Shown: one piece after another, positions 38,595-47,578 of the stretch | Numbering within the stretch: the first letter of the stretch is position 1 | How the letters are laid out: each line of letters starts with the position of its first letter | Source: an uncultured bacterium | GTDB lineage: Bacteria; Chloroflexota; Dormibacteria; Aeolococcales; Aeolococcaceae | Direction of reading: 5' to 3' | Assembly: GCA_963847225.1 (NCBI GenBank) | Contig: CAWJYZ010000003.1 | Location: 819,763 to 883,762 of the forward strand | DNA length: 64,000 nt | Program-made: the position numbers and the translations under genes | The notes under the pieces: generated by a model | The model's input: the letters and a program-made list of their open reading frames with translations, nothing else | Databases searched by the model: none | Told to the model about the DNA's origin: nothing

Positions 38595-39932
38595 ATGAAA
38601 CACTCGATCGTCAGAGGTCGGCTGGTGGTTGGCGCCGCCATGGTGGGTCTCGCTGCAGCGGCCTGCGGGTCCTCGACGACGCCCAGCTCTTCAAGCTCGT
38701 CGCCTCCGTCGTCGAAGGTGGGCGGGCAGCTGAGCGTCTGGGCCGAGTGGACCTCCACCGAGCAGACCAACTTCCTGGACTTCATCGCCCCCTTCAAGAG
38801 CTCGAGCGGAACCACCGTCAACTACTCCAGCAAGGGCAGCAGCACCGACACCGCGGTCGAGGCGGCGGTCACCGGTGGAGCCCCACCGGATATCGCCTTC
38901 CTTCCCGACCCCGCGGCCATGGACGTTCTGGCCCAGAAGGGTGCCCTCAAGCCGATCAGCAGCGTCGTCGGCAGCGCGATCAACAACTTCTCGAGCGCGT
39001 GGCAGCAGCTGGGCTCCTACAACTCAACCCTCTACGGGATCTGGTACAAGGCGGCCAACAAGAACACCATCTGGTACAATCCCGCGGAGTTCGCGCAGGC
39101 GGGCATCACGTCACCGCCCACCACGTGGGAGCAGCTCGTCCAGGATGCCGGCAGCTTGCATCATGCAGGCATCCCAGCCTTCGCCCTGTGCACCGACATC
39201 GGCTGGCCGGTCGCCGACCTGTGGCAGAACATCTATCTCAAGACCGCCGGAGCGGACAACTACAACAAGCTGGCCCACCATCAGATCAAGTGGACGGACT
39301 CCACGGTCACGACCGCCTTCAACACCCTGGACCAGATCCTCAATCCCGCCTATCTCTATGGCGGGACGAAGGGCTTCACCTTCCCGAGCTGCGTGAACCA
39401 GGTCTTCCCGACCAGCGGGGCACCCAAGGCGGCGATGGTCATGGAGGCGGACTTCGTCACCGCCAGCATCCCCACCAACTACATGCCGGTGTCTGGAGTT
39501 CCGAGTAGCTGCAACACCAGCAGCTCGCCGTGCTATGGGTTCTTCCCCTTCCCGGCGCCGTCTGCGGACAGCAGCAACGCCACCGCCATCCAGGGGGCGG
39601 GCGACGTCGCCCTCATGCTCAACCCCACGGCCCAGGCGAAGGCTTTCATGAAGTTCCTGGCAGGTCCGGACGGAGCCAAGATCTGGGCTGGCAAGGGAGG
39701 CTTCACCTCGCCGAACCAGCAGGTCTCGATCAGCGCCTACCCCAACGCGGTGCTCAAGGCTGACGCCCAGAACCTGCAGCAGGCCACGGCGGCTGTGTTC
39801 AGCCTCGACGATGAGCAGAAGTGGGAGCACGACATGTGGACTGACATGCTCCACTACCTGGACAACCCCAGCAGCCTGTCGTCGATCGAATCGCAAATGG
39901 AATCGCAGGCCACGGCCGCGGGCCAATCCTGA
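38595..39932 (+). CDS. Carbohydrate ABC substrate-binding lipoprotein (AglE-like)
   Basis: Lipobox AAAC, PPDIA, KNTIWYN and GWPVAD. Confidence 0.9.
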   Translation: MKHSIVRGRLVVGAAMVGLAAAACGSSTTPSSSSSSPPSSKVGGQLSVWAEWTSTEQTNFLDFIAPFKSSSGTTVNYSSKGSSTDTAVEAAVTGGAPPDIAFLPDPAAMDVLAQKGALKPISSVVGSAINNFSSAWQQLGSYNSTLYGIWYKAANKNTIWYNPAEFAQAGITSPPTTWEQLVQDAGSLHHAGIPAFALCTDIGWPVADLWQNIYLKTAGADNYNKLAHHQIKWTDSTVTTAFNTLDQILNPAYLYGGTKGFTFPSCVNQVFPTSGAPKAAMVMEADFVTASIPTNYMPVSGVPSSCNTSSSPCYGFFPFPAPSADSSNATAIQGAGDVALMLNPTAQAKAFMKFLAGPDGAKIWAGKGGFTSPNQQVSISAYPNAVLKADAQNLQQATAAVFSLDDEQKWEHDMWTDMLHYLDNPSSLSSIESQMESQATAAGQS

Positions 39933-39940
39933 TCCTCTGA

Positions 39941-39981
39941 CGCCATGGCCCGGGACCCCCCGTGGGCCCGGGCCATCGGCG
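39941..39981 (+). terminator. GC-rich hairpin after the SBP gene
   Basis: GCCATGGCCCGGG...CCCGGGCCATCGGC. Confidence 0.45.
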
Positions 39982-40101
39982 CCTTGCGGCGCGATCGCTG
40001 CCGCCCCGACCGCGACCCGCTGCGAAGGGAACGGGGTGAAAACCCGGATGAGGGAACGTCTGGGCGCGCAGGATCGGCCACCACCGCGCATCATCACGGC
40101 G

Positions 40102-41145
40102 ATGCCGGTTCGCGTCCCCAGGTCGCGCCGTCCCAACGCGCCGCGCCGCACTCGCCCTCCCGTCTGGGTGGACCAGGTTCCCGGTCCGGAGGAGCCTCTC
40201 CCCACCCAGGTGCAGCAGTTCCTCGACCAACTTCGCATCCAGCGCAACCGGCCGGTGACCACGATCCGCTCCTACCGGGCGGACCTCGCCAAGTTCGTGG
40301 CCTTTGTCCGCGCGCAGGGTGAGGGCGACGACCTCTGCGCCGGGCTGGACCACGCCCACCTTCGGCGCTACCAGATCGAGCTCGCCGATGTCCTCCCCAA
40401 CCCACGCTCACGAGCTCGGGCGCTCGTCGCCCTGCGCCAGTTCCTCCGCTACGCGTACGACGAGGGCTGGACTGATGCCGAGCTCTCGCGCCAGGTGCTG
40501 GTGCCGCGCTACGTCGCCGGCGACCCCCACCCCATCCCCACCGAGATCGTCCCCCGGCTGCTGCGTGCCCTGCCCCGGGAAGGGCTGCGCGACCTCCGCG
40601 ACCGGGCATTGATCCACTTCCTGATCGCCAGCGGTTGCCGGATCGGCGAGGCCTGCGCGCTGGACCGTGACGAGGTGCGGCCCGACGGCTTTCGGGTCCT
40701 CGGCAAAGGCGGCAAGCACCGCACCGTCTTTCTCACCGAGGACGCCTGGGTGGCGCTGCAGGACTACCTGCGAGCGCGCGGCCCCGACCCCTCCCCCGCC
40801 CTCTTCATCAGCATGGCGCGGGCGGAGATCCCCGGGGGCCGGGCGCTTCGCAGCAACCGGCTCACGACCGACGGCGCCCGACAGGCACTCCTTGCCCTGC
40901 GCCGCCGCTTCACCCGTGATCCCGAGAGCCAGCGTCTCATCGAGGGGCTGCGCAGCCCGCACGCCGCCCGGCACACGGCTGCCACCACCCTGCTGGAGGC
41001 CACGGACGGCGACGTCCGCTTGGTCCAGGAGGTGCTGGGACACGCCACCCTCGAGACCCTCCGCGTCTATACGGAGATCACCGACCGCCGCAAGCGGGCC
41101 GCCTACGCGCGGCTTGGGGACTATCTCCGGGAGGTGGGTGGCTGA
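40102..41145 (+). CDS. XerC/D-like tyrosine recombinase
   Basis: SAM-like N-domain; GCRIGE (R), GKGGK (K), HAARH, LGH and VYT (Y). Confidence 0.92.
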   Translation: MPVRVPRSRRPNAPRRTRPPVWVDQVPGPEEPLPTQVQQFLDQLRIQRNRPVTTIRSYRADLAKFVAFVRAQGEGDDLCAGLDHAHLRRYQIELADVLPNPRSRARALVALRQFLRYAYDEGWTDAELSRQVLVPRYVAGDPHPIPTEIVPRLLRALPREGLRDLRDRALIHFLIASGCRIGEACALDRDEVRPDGFRVLGKGGKHRTVFLTEDAWVALQDYLRARGPDPSPALFISMARAEIPGGRALRSNRLTTDGARQALLALRRRFTRDPESQRLIEGLRSPHAARHTAATTLLEATDGDVRLVQEVLGHATLETLRVYTEITDRRKRAAYARLGDYLREVGG

Positions 41146-41240
41146 TCGCCGCCGTGACCTTCCCCTGCCCTTGATGGGCGGGAAGCCGCGTTGGCGTGGC
41201 GCCTGTCACGCCGTATCCCGCGCTCCCGTATCAGTGTTTG

Positions 41241-41774
41241 ATGCTCTCGGTGGCCGCACTCTCGCAGCCCGCTGAGATGTCCGGCGCTGTCGCCGACTTC
41301 GAAGCGCGCCTTGCCCCCCTCTACGGTGACGGTGTCCGCCTCGCCTACGGGATGCTGCGCAACTCCGCCCTCGCCGAGGAGGCGGCCCAGGAGGCGGCGC
41401 TCCGCGCCTGGCGCAGCCGCGCCAACCTCCGTGCCGGCTCCGAGCTGCGCCCCTGGTTCCTGGCCATCGTCGCCAACTGCTGCCGGGATGTCCGGCGGAG
41501 CGCGTGGTGGCGTCTCGGGTCATCGCGCGCCGATTGGACCACCGAGCCTGCCGACCTCCCTCGGTCCGGCCGTGAGGAGGAGATCGCCGACCTTCGGGCC
41601 GCGTTGCGCCGCCTCTCCCATCGCGATCGTCTCGTCATCGTCCTCCGTTTCTACCTCGACCTTCCCCACGAGGAGATCGCGGCCATCACCGGCCAGAGCG
41701 TCACGGCGGTGCGGGCGCGGGTCTCCCGGGCGCTGCGCCGCCTCCGCCTCGACCTCGGCGAGGCAGAGCTCTGA
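41241..41774 (+). CDS. ECF RNA polymerase sigma factor
   Basis: AEEAAQEA, W..AIVAN.C.D; region 4 EIAAITG...V..RVSRA. Confidence 0.9.
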   Translation: MLSVAALSQPAEMSGAVADFEARLAPLYGDGVRLAYGMLRNSALAEEAAQEAALRAWRSRANLRAGSELRPWFLAIVANCCRDVRRSAWWRLGSSRADWTTEPADLPRSGREEEIADLRAALRRLSHRDRLVIVLRFYLDLPHEEIAAITGQSVTAVRARVSRALRRLRLDLGEAEL

Positions 41775-43006
41775 TGGCCCGCCTGGACGGCGCCGAATTC
41801 CGGGCCCGCATCCGGGCGGCAATCGGCGAGCCGGATGCCGCCGGGGACCTCGATCTCCAGGCCATCACCCGCAGACGGCGCTCCCGCGCTCTTCCCGGGC
41901 CCGGCGACCTCCCCGGTCCCCTGCGATTCCCGGCCCTCGCCGCTCTCGTCGCGGCGGTCGTTGCCGCCGTCGCCGTGGGAGCGGTCGTGGGGCTGCGCGA
42001 TCGCACCCCGACCGCCCGCGTGCCCGCCAGCCAGCAGCCGAGCCCTCTTCCGGCTCCCAGCATCGCCGCGTTCATTCCCGCCGACGTCACGGCCATCGGC
42101 GCGGACGAGTGGTGGGTGGCCGGAAGAGAAACGAGTGGATGCTCCGGGGCGGGCTGCTCGCGCATCCTCTGGACGAGGGATGCCGGGAAGAGCTTCACCC
42201 CGATCCCCGCGCCGCCCATCGCGATCACCCATCTTCGCTTCGCCATCAACGCGCGCGACGGCTGGGCGTACGACGGCGTCGCGCCGGCGCTCTGGGTCAC
42301 CCATGACGGCGGCGACACCTGGTCGATGCGCGCCTTCCCGGGCCTGGTCACCGGCCTCGAGACCTCGGGTGGGTTCGTCTACGCCATCGTCTGCCCGAAG
42401 GCCACCTCGGGGTGCCTCCTGGAGCGGAGCGCGGACGGCGATGACAGCTGGGCGCCACTCCCTCTGCCTCCTGGATCCGGCCGGTTGCGTGATGTCAACG
42501 CGTACGGGGCCGAAGTCTGGGTGCTGGCTGACCAAGGTGGTTCGACCGCCACCCGGGTGCTCCGCTCGACGGACGACGGCCTCCGCTTTTCGGCGACCTC
42601 GGTGTGCGGTCGCACCGGCGCGGGCGCCACGAGCCTCGACGCCGTCGGCCCCGCCGACCTGGTCTGGGTCATCTGCGCCGCCCCCGGGGCGGAGCACGGG
42701 CAGGCATGGCTCTCCCGGACCGGAGGGCGCAGCTTCGCTTCGATGGACGCCCCGGGGTCGGTCCCCGGGCTCTCCATCGCCGCCACCTCGACGGAACGGG
42801 CGGTGGTGGCGGGCTCTGACCTCGAGCTGACGACCGACGGTGGCACCTCCTTCCGCTCGGTCCTCGGCACCGGAGCGCACTGGACCCTGGTTGGCTTCAC
42901 CACCACCACGGCGGGCTTCGTGCTCGCTGACACGAAGGGCGGCGACTGGTCGCTGTGGCGCACCGACGACGGCGGCGCCGACTGGCGCGAGGTCAGCCTC
43001 TCGTAG
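41774..43006 (+). CDS. Putative anti-sigma/sensor: TM helix plus BNR beta-propeller
   Basis: TGATG coupling to the sigma gene; TM helix; multiple T/S-x-D-G-G-x-x-W/F repeats. Confidence 0.7.
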   Translation: MARLDGAEFRARIRAAIGEPDAAGDLDLQAITRRRRSRALPGPGDLPGPLRFPALAALVAAVVAAVAVGAVVGLRDRTPTARVPASQQPSPLPAPSIAAFIPADVTAIGADEWWVAGRETSGCSGAGCSRILWTRDAGKSFTPIPAPPIAITHLRFAINARDGWAYDGVAPALWVTHDGGDTWSMRAFPGLVTGLETSGGFVYAIVCPKATSGCLLERSADGDDSWAPLPLPPGSGRLRDVNAYGAEVWVLADQGGSTATRVLRSTDDGLRFSATSVCGRTGAGATSLDAVGPADLVWVICAAPGAEHGQAWLSRTGGRSFASMDAPGSVPGLSIAATSTERAVVAGSDLELTTDGGTSFRSVLGTGAHWTLVGFTTTTAGFVLADTKGGDWSLWRTDDGGADWREVSLS

Positions 43007-43994
43007 CGGCTTGCCGGGTGGCCCCACGAAGGGTGGCGCGGCCCCGCTCCGCTCCCGTCGCGGCCGGGCGGGGCGCCAGGCCGTGCTGATCGAGCCAGGA
43101 TTGGACCTCGCCCAGGAAGCGGTCGGGTACCTCGAGCATGGGGATGTGCCCGGCGTCCTCGATGACGCGGATGGTCCAGTCAGGACGGCGCCGGCCGAGG
43201 GTGCGAGCCGCTTCGACGTGGACCAGCCGGTCCCGCTCTCCATGGATCACCAGGGTGGGGCTGGTGACGCGGGCCACGAGCCGCTGAGCGGGGGCGTCGG
43301 CGAGATGGATGAGGGCGATGGATCGCGCGGAGTTGAGGAAGCTGCGGTCGTTCTCTGTGCGGCCGGCCTGGCGCCGCCTCTCCAGGGCGACGTGCGCCTG
43401 GCTCGCCTCCTCCGAGATCCGCCCGGGGTCGACGGTGCAGAGGGCAAAGGCGCCGGCAACCACCTCCTCGGGAGTGTGCCGGTCGAGGTAGCGGCCCAGC
43501 AGGCGGCGGCCGAGCGGCGGGACGCTGTAGGCGGCGAAGGCCGCGGTGATCAAGCGGTCAGGCCGGCTGCGCCAGGGGACGGGCACCGCCGCGTCGACGA
43601 GGATGAGGCCGGCGACGTTCTCGGGGTGGAGGCCGGCCTCGGCGAGAGCGACCAGCCCCCCCATGGAGTTGCCCACGAGGACGATGGGGCGGGCAGCGGT
43701 GCGAGCCAGGAGGCGGTGCAGAAGCTGTCGCTGGGCCCTCACTCCGGTGTCCCGTCCCGCTGTGGGAGTGAGACCGAAGCCGGCCAGGTCAGGGGCGAGC
43801 ACCGCCCCCCGCTCGGCGAGCCGGGGAGCCACCAGCATCCAGTTGAGGTGTGAGCCGGCGAGGCCGTGGACGAGGACAAAGGCCGGCTCCCCCTCCCCCC
43901 ACCGCGCGACGTGCACCGGACCGCCGAGGTCGATGGTGGTCGAGCGGAGGGTGGCCTCCTGCCCGTGGGTGGGGGCGCGTTCCGCTATCGGCAT
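42993..43994 (-). CDS. Alpha/beta hydrolase
   Basis: VHGLAG, GNSMGG, HGERD and GHIP. Confidence 0.92.
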   Translation of the reverse strand: MPIAERAPTHGQEATLRSTTIDLGGPVHVARWGEGEPAFVLVHGLAGSHLNWMLVAPRLAERGAVLAPDLAGFGLTPTAGRDTGVRAQRQLLHRLLARTAARPIVLVGNSMGGLVALAEAGLHPENVAGLILVDAAVPVPWRSRPDRLITAAFAAYSVPPLGRRLLGRYLDRHTPEEVVAGAFALCTVDPGRISEEASQAHVALERRRQAGRTENDRSFLNSARSIALIHLADAPAQRLVARVTSPTLVIHGERDRLVHVEAARTLGRRRPDWTIRVIEDAGHIPMLEVPDRFLGEVQSWLDQHGLAPRPAATGAERGRATLRGATRQAATRG

Positions 43995-44046
43995 CCTGCT
44001 TTGGATCGTACGGCGGGAGGCGAGGCGACCGGAGCCGGCCGGCGGA

Positions 44047-44505
44047 TCAGGCCTCCGGGACCCACACATTGCCGAGAAACTGAACGGGGCCGCGAAAGTC
44101 CGCCTTCCAGGCGGCGATCAGCTCGGCGGCGATGGGCGGATGCAGCTCGAGAGCGCCGAGCTCCGCGGGCGTCACCCAGCGCGTGCCGACGATGGCCGGG
44201 TCGGTGGAGTGCCCCTCGGCGCCCGGAATGCGGGCTTCTGCCGAGCCCGGTGCGGTGGCAAAGACGAGGTTGACGAGGTGGCGTCCGGGCGCGATCGCCT
44301 CGCAGACGATGACGAGGCGGCCGATCTCAGCCACGAGCCCCGTCTCTTCGCGGAGCTCGCGCCGCGCGGCGGCCACGAGGGTTTCGCCCTCCTCCACTCC
44401 ACCACCGGGGAGGAGCCAGCGCCGGCCACTGGGGCGGCGGTGGGCCACGACGAGAAGCCGGGCGCCATCGCTGACGCAGACTGCGACCCGGACCCGCGGC
44501 TCCAC
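44047..44505 (-). CDS. NUDIX hydrolase
   Basis: GGGVEEGETLVAAARRELREETG Nudix box. Confidence 0.93.
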   Translation of the reverse strand: MEPRVRVAVCVSDGARLLVVAHRRPSGRRWLLPGGGVEEGETLVAAARRELREETGLVAEIGRLVIVCEAIAPGRHLVNLVFATAPGSAEARIPGAEGHSTDPAIVGTRWVTPAELGALELHPPIAAELIAAWKADFRGPVQFLGNVWVPEA

Positions 44506-44525
44506 GGCGGGGATTATCGGAGAGC

Positions 44526-44580
44526 TTGACGGCGAACGCCTGTTTGGCGTACGCTTGTGCGCAAAGGGAACGGACGTTCC
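44526..44580 (+). promoter_or_regulatory. Sigma70 promoter with two LexA (SOS) boxes
   Basis: TTGACG...TACGCT; CGAAC-GCCT-GTTTG (44533-44546) and GAAC-GGAC-GTTC (44568-44579). Confidence 0.8.
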
Positions 44581-44649
44581 CAGCAGCAGCTCCCCCCTCT
44601 ACCGGCCGCCCATCTCGACCGCGGGATGGGCGGCCATCCAGGAACTCGC

Positions 44650-44958
44650 ATGATCGCCGATTACGCCCCCCCACTCCGAACCGTACGAACCAGGCCCCCA
44701 CGCCTTGCGAGATGGGTCCTCGCGGGAGCCGCAGTGGTGCTGGCCGTTCGCGCGGGGATCGGCACTGGGCCGGCCGCCATTGCGCCGGCCGGCGCTCGGA
44801 CCGTCGTCGTTGCGCCCGGTCAGTCGCTGTGGGGTATCGCCGAGCAGCAGCTGCCCGGGGACGATCCCCGCGTCGCCATCGACGAGATCAGCCAGCTGAA
44901 CAGCCTGCACTCGGCCATGCTTCAGCCCGGAGAGGTGCTGCTCCTCCCTGCGCACTGA
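44650..44958 (+). CDS. TM-LysM protein, YneA/ChiZ-like SOS division inhibitor
   Basis: TM helix then VVAPGQSLWGIA...LQPGEVL LysM domain; SOS boxes upstream. Confidence 0.8.
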   Translation: MIADYAPPLRTVRTRPPRLARWVLAGAAVVLAVRAGIGTGPAAIAPAGARTVVVAPGQSLWGIAEQQLPGDDPRVAIDEISQLNSLHSAMLQPGEVLLLPAH

Positions 44959-45057
44959 GCGGGAGTGCACGCACAACGCCTGTCCCCATCGTGTCACCGG
45001 TCATCCACCTGCTGCGGTGCCCCGGGGCGCACGCTCGGCATCGCGGGGTCACGATGT

Positions 45058-45154
45058 GGAGGCGCCCACCGGCTGCCGGCTCGCGCTAGCGTGGTCCGGA
45101 GGCGCCCAATGGTTGCCGGCTCGCGCTAGCGTGGTCCGGGGGATCCCACCGGCT
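45058..45154. repeat. 40-bp tandem duplication (about 2.4 copies)
   Basis: GGAGGCGCCCAxxGGxTGCCGGCTCGCGCTAGCGTGGTCC at 45058 and 45098; partial copy at 45138. Confidence 0.85.
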
Positions 45155-46052
45155 CTCGAGGGGCGACGATCGGAGGCCGGCGCGGCACCGGTTCCGGCCG
45201 TACCCGGCCGCGCTCCATGGCCCGGTACCAGGCCGGCTCCCCCGGCGGTGGCGGCACCGGCTCGTGCTGTGGCCAGCCCCCTCCGCCACCGTCGTCGCCG
45301 TCGGACCCTGGGTTCATGACCCGCACGAAGATCACGGAGAAGGCGGTGAAGAGGGCGATCTTGCTGAGGATGGCGAGGCACGCGCCGGCCAGCTGCTGAT
45401 CCGTCCGCGCGCTCATGAGGATGTGTGGGGCGGTGACATACACGGTGTAGACCACCTCCTTGGTCATGGCGAGGAGCAGGCCCGCGAAGGTCTGGGGGAT
45501 GGTGGCCAGCAGGATGTAGCCCAGCTTGCCGAGCGGTGAAAGGAGGCAGGTCCGGCCGGCGGGGCTGACGATGGGCCACCAGAAGGCCATCGAGGCGGCC
45601 AGGAGGGCGAGGAGGCTGAGGTCGAAGAGCCACCAATGCGCAGCCTCGGCGTCATATGCGGCAGTCCAGTGGCTGACGAAGAACACGGCGTTGACGGTGA
45701 TGAGGGCAGCCACGGGATGGACGGCGAAGCAGCCCAAGCGATGCAGCGCCTTCGGTGTCCGCCACAAGGGCGGCGTTCGGGGCAGGGCCAGGAGGATGAG
45801 GGGCGGCGCTCCACCCATGAGGATGAGGACCTGAAGGAGATGGGCGGTGAGAAGGTAATGCTCGGCGAGCGTCTGAATGGGACTGAGGAGAACCGCGGTG
45901 AGGAGAAGCACCGCCACCCCCAGCGATGCCCAGCGCCAGGGCGAGGCGTGGGGCCTCGCTCTTCCGAGCTTGACGGCGACTGGAACCGCCGCCACGGCAA
46001 TGCCGAGGAGAAGCAGGGGGTCGAACGCGATCGCGTCCGGAGGTGGGCTCAT
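45126..46052 (-). CDS. Cytochrome c oxidase assembly factor (caa3-type CtaG family)
   Basis: HLLQ...PPLILL, FWWP and DQQLAG. Confidence 0.85.
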   Translation of the reverse strand: MSPPPDAIAFDPLLLLGIAVAAVPVAVKLGRARPHASPWRWASLGVAVLLLTAVLLSPIQTLAEHYLLTAHLLQVLILMGGAPPLILLALPRTPPLWRTPKALHRLGCFAVHPVAALITVNAVFFVSHWTAAYDAEAAHWWLFDLSLLALLAASMAFWWPIVSPAGRTCLLSPLGKLGYILLATIPQTFAGLLLAMTKEVVYTVYVTAPHILMSARTDQQLAGACLAILSKIALFTAFSVIFVRVMNPGSDGDDGGGGGWPQHEPVPPPPGEPAWYRAMERGRVRPEPVPRRPPIVAPREPVGSPGPR

Positions 46053-46127
46053 CCTTAAACAACCGTAGCGCAGCTCTCGAAATGAGGCCAGCACCGCGCC
46101 GCCACCCCCGGTCACGGGAGGGCCGCG

Positions 46128-46700
46128 ATGCGCCTCAGCTTGGCTCGGATGGGGCAGGATATGGGCCGCTCCCAGGACGTTGGCCGCCAGGGGATGGCGC
46201 CGGAGGTTGTCGAGATCCCATTCGAGACGAGGTTGCGCCGATCGACCGCTCCGTACCAGATGGCGGTGCGCACCGTGAGCCGGGCTGACGAGGTCCTCGA
46301 CCAACTCGACGTCCGCCAAGTGGTGGGGATGGCGATCGCCGAGCGAGGGCCCCACTACCTCCTCCTCAAACCCGCCAAGCGCTTCCGCTACGGAGCCGAC
46401 CTCGCCGCCGCGCTGGCCATCGCCATCGTTCTCGCCCTGCTCATCTGCTCGGCCATCACGCCGCTGGTCCTCGCCGGCCTCCCTGCCGCCTTTCTCCCCG
46501 CTCTGCCGCTGCTCCTCGAACACCGGCCGGAGATGGCGATCAGCGCCATCGAGGACGACGATGGGGCGACGCGGGTGACCGCCCACGGCCAGGCGACTGA
46601 GGAGCTCGCCGCCTTCCTCGACCGCTATCTGGGCGGACTCCCGCCGGCGAATGACACCGCCCCTAGTGACGCCCTCTCCGCTGGCGCCGAGTCCCTCTGA
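46128..46700 (+). CDS. Hypothetical membrane protein
   Basis: Host-like codon bias, two adjacent hydrophobic segments; start uncertain. Confidence 0.7.
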   Translation: MRLSLARMGQDMGRSQDVGRQGMAPEVVEIPFETRLRRSTAPYQMAVRTVSRADEVLDQLDVRQVVGMAIAERGPHYLLLKPAKRFRYGADLAAALAIAIVLALLICSAITPLVLAGLPAAFLPALPLLLEHRPEMAISAIEDDDGATRVTAHGQATEELAAFLDRYLGGLPPANDTAPSDALSAGAESL

Positions 46701-46706
46701 GCGGAA

Positions 46707-47351
46707 TCAGCGCACGAGGCGGATGACGGCGACCACGACCCCTTCGAGGCTGAGGTCGGGACCGGCATAGATCGGCGTGAGAGCGGCGTTCTCGGGCTGC
46801 AAGCGAACCCGGTCGCCCTCTCGGAAGAAGCGCTTCACCGTGACCTCGCCCTCCCCGGTCGCGGAGTTCTCGATGCGCGCCACCACGATGGTCCCATTGG
46901 CGGGAGCGGCGCGACGCGGCTTGACGATCACCATGTCCCCGTCGAGGATGCCGGCGTCAATCATGCTGTCGCCGTGCACGGTGAGGGCGTAGGCGTCCTC
47001 GCCGCCGGCGATCTCCGGGCCCACCGCGATGTGGTCCTCGATGTTCTCCTCGGCGAGGACCGGGGTCCCCGCCGCGACCCGCCCGACGAGCGGCAGGGAG
47101 AAAGCCGATGCGCCGTTGCGGGGCGCGGCCGCCTCGCCGCCGACGATCTCGACCGTCCTCGACTTCGTGGGGTCGCGCCGGATGTGCCCCTTGGCCTCTA
47201 GCGAGTTGAGGTGGTTCTGGACGGTCGATGAGGAGCTCAGGCCGACGGCCAGACCGATCTCCCGCACAGTCGGCGGGTAGGCGTGGCTCCGAGCATGCTC
47301 CCGAAGGAAGTCGAGGATCTGCCGCTGGCGTGGGTTCAGGGCATCAGGCAT
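46707..47351 (-). CDS. lexA: SOS repressor LexA
   Basis: PPTVREI, VAAG cleavage site, GDSM (Ser) and TVKR (Lys). Confidence 0.97.
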   Translation of the reverse strand: MPDALNPRQRQILDFLREHARSHAYPPTVREIGLAVGLSSSSTVQNHLNSLEAKGHIRRDPTKSRTVEIVGGEAAAPRNGASAFSLPLVGRVAAGTPVLAEENIEDHIAVGPEIAGGEDAYALTVHGDSMIDAGILDGDMVIVKPRRAAPANGTIVVARIENSATGEGEVTVKRFFREGDRVRLQPENAALTPIYAGPDLSLEGVVVAVIRLVR

Positions 47352-47389
47352 TGGTGTTCGGTGACCTCACAGGCGGGTGTGGCACACCG

Positions 47390-47443
47390 GACTGTAGCAC
47401 GGCGACCGCCGAAATGCAAACGCATGTGCCGAACGCCGGTTCC
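47390..47443 (-). promoter_or_regulatory. lexA promoter with SOS box
   Basis: Minus-strand TTGCAT-N17-TACAGT; CGAAC-GCCG-GTTCC at 47430-47443. Confidence 0.75.
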
Positions 47444-47578
47444 GGGCGCAATCCGGTCAACGAGGAAGGCTGGAGGAGCTCTCCGGCGGGCGATCCTTCC
47501 CGAGACGGTGCGTGAAACATGACCAGCTGCTGATCTGCCTCTTCCCCGGCTACCGCGATGCCGACCCCCCCAGGGGCC

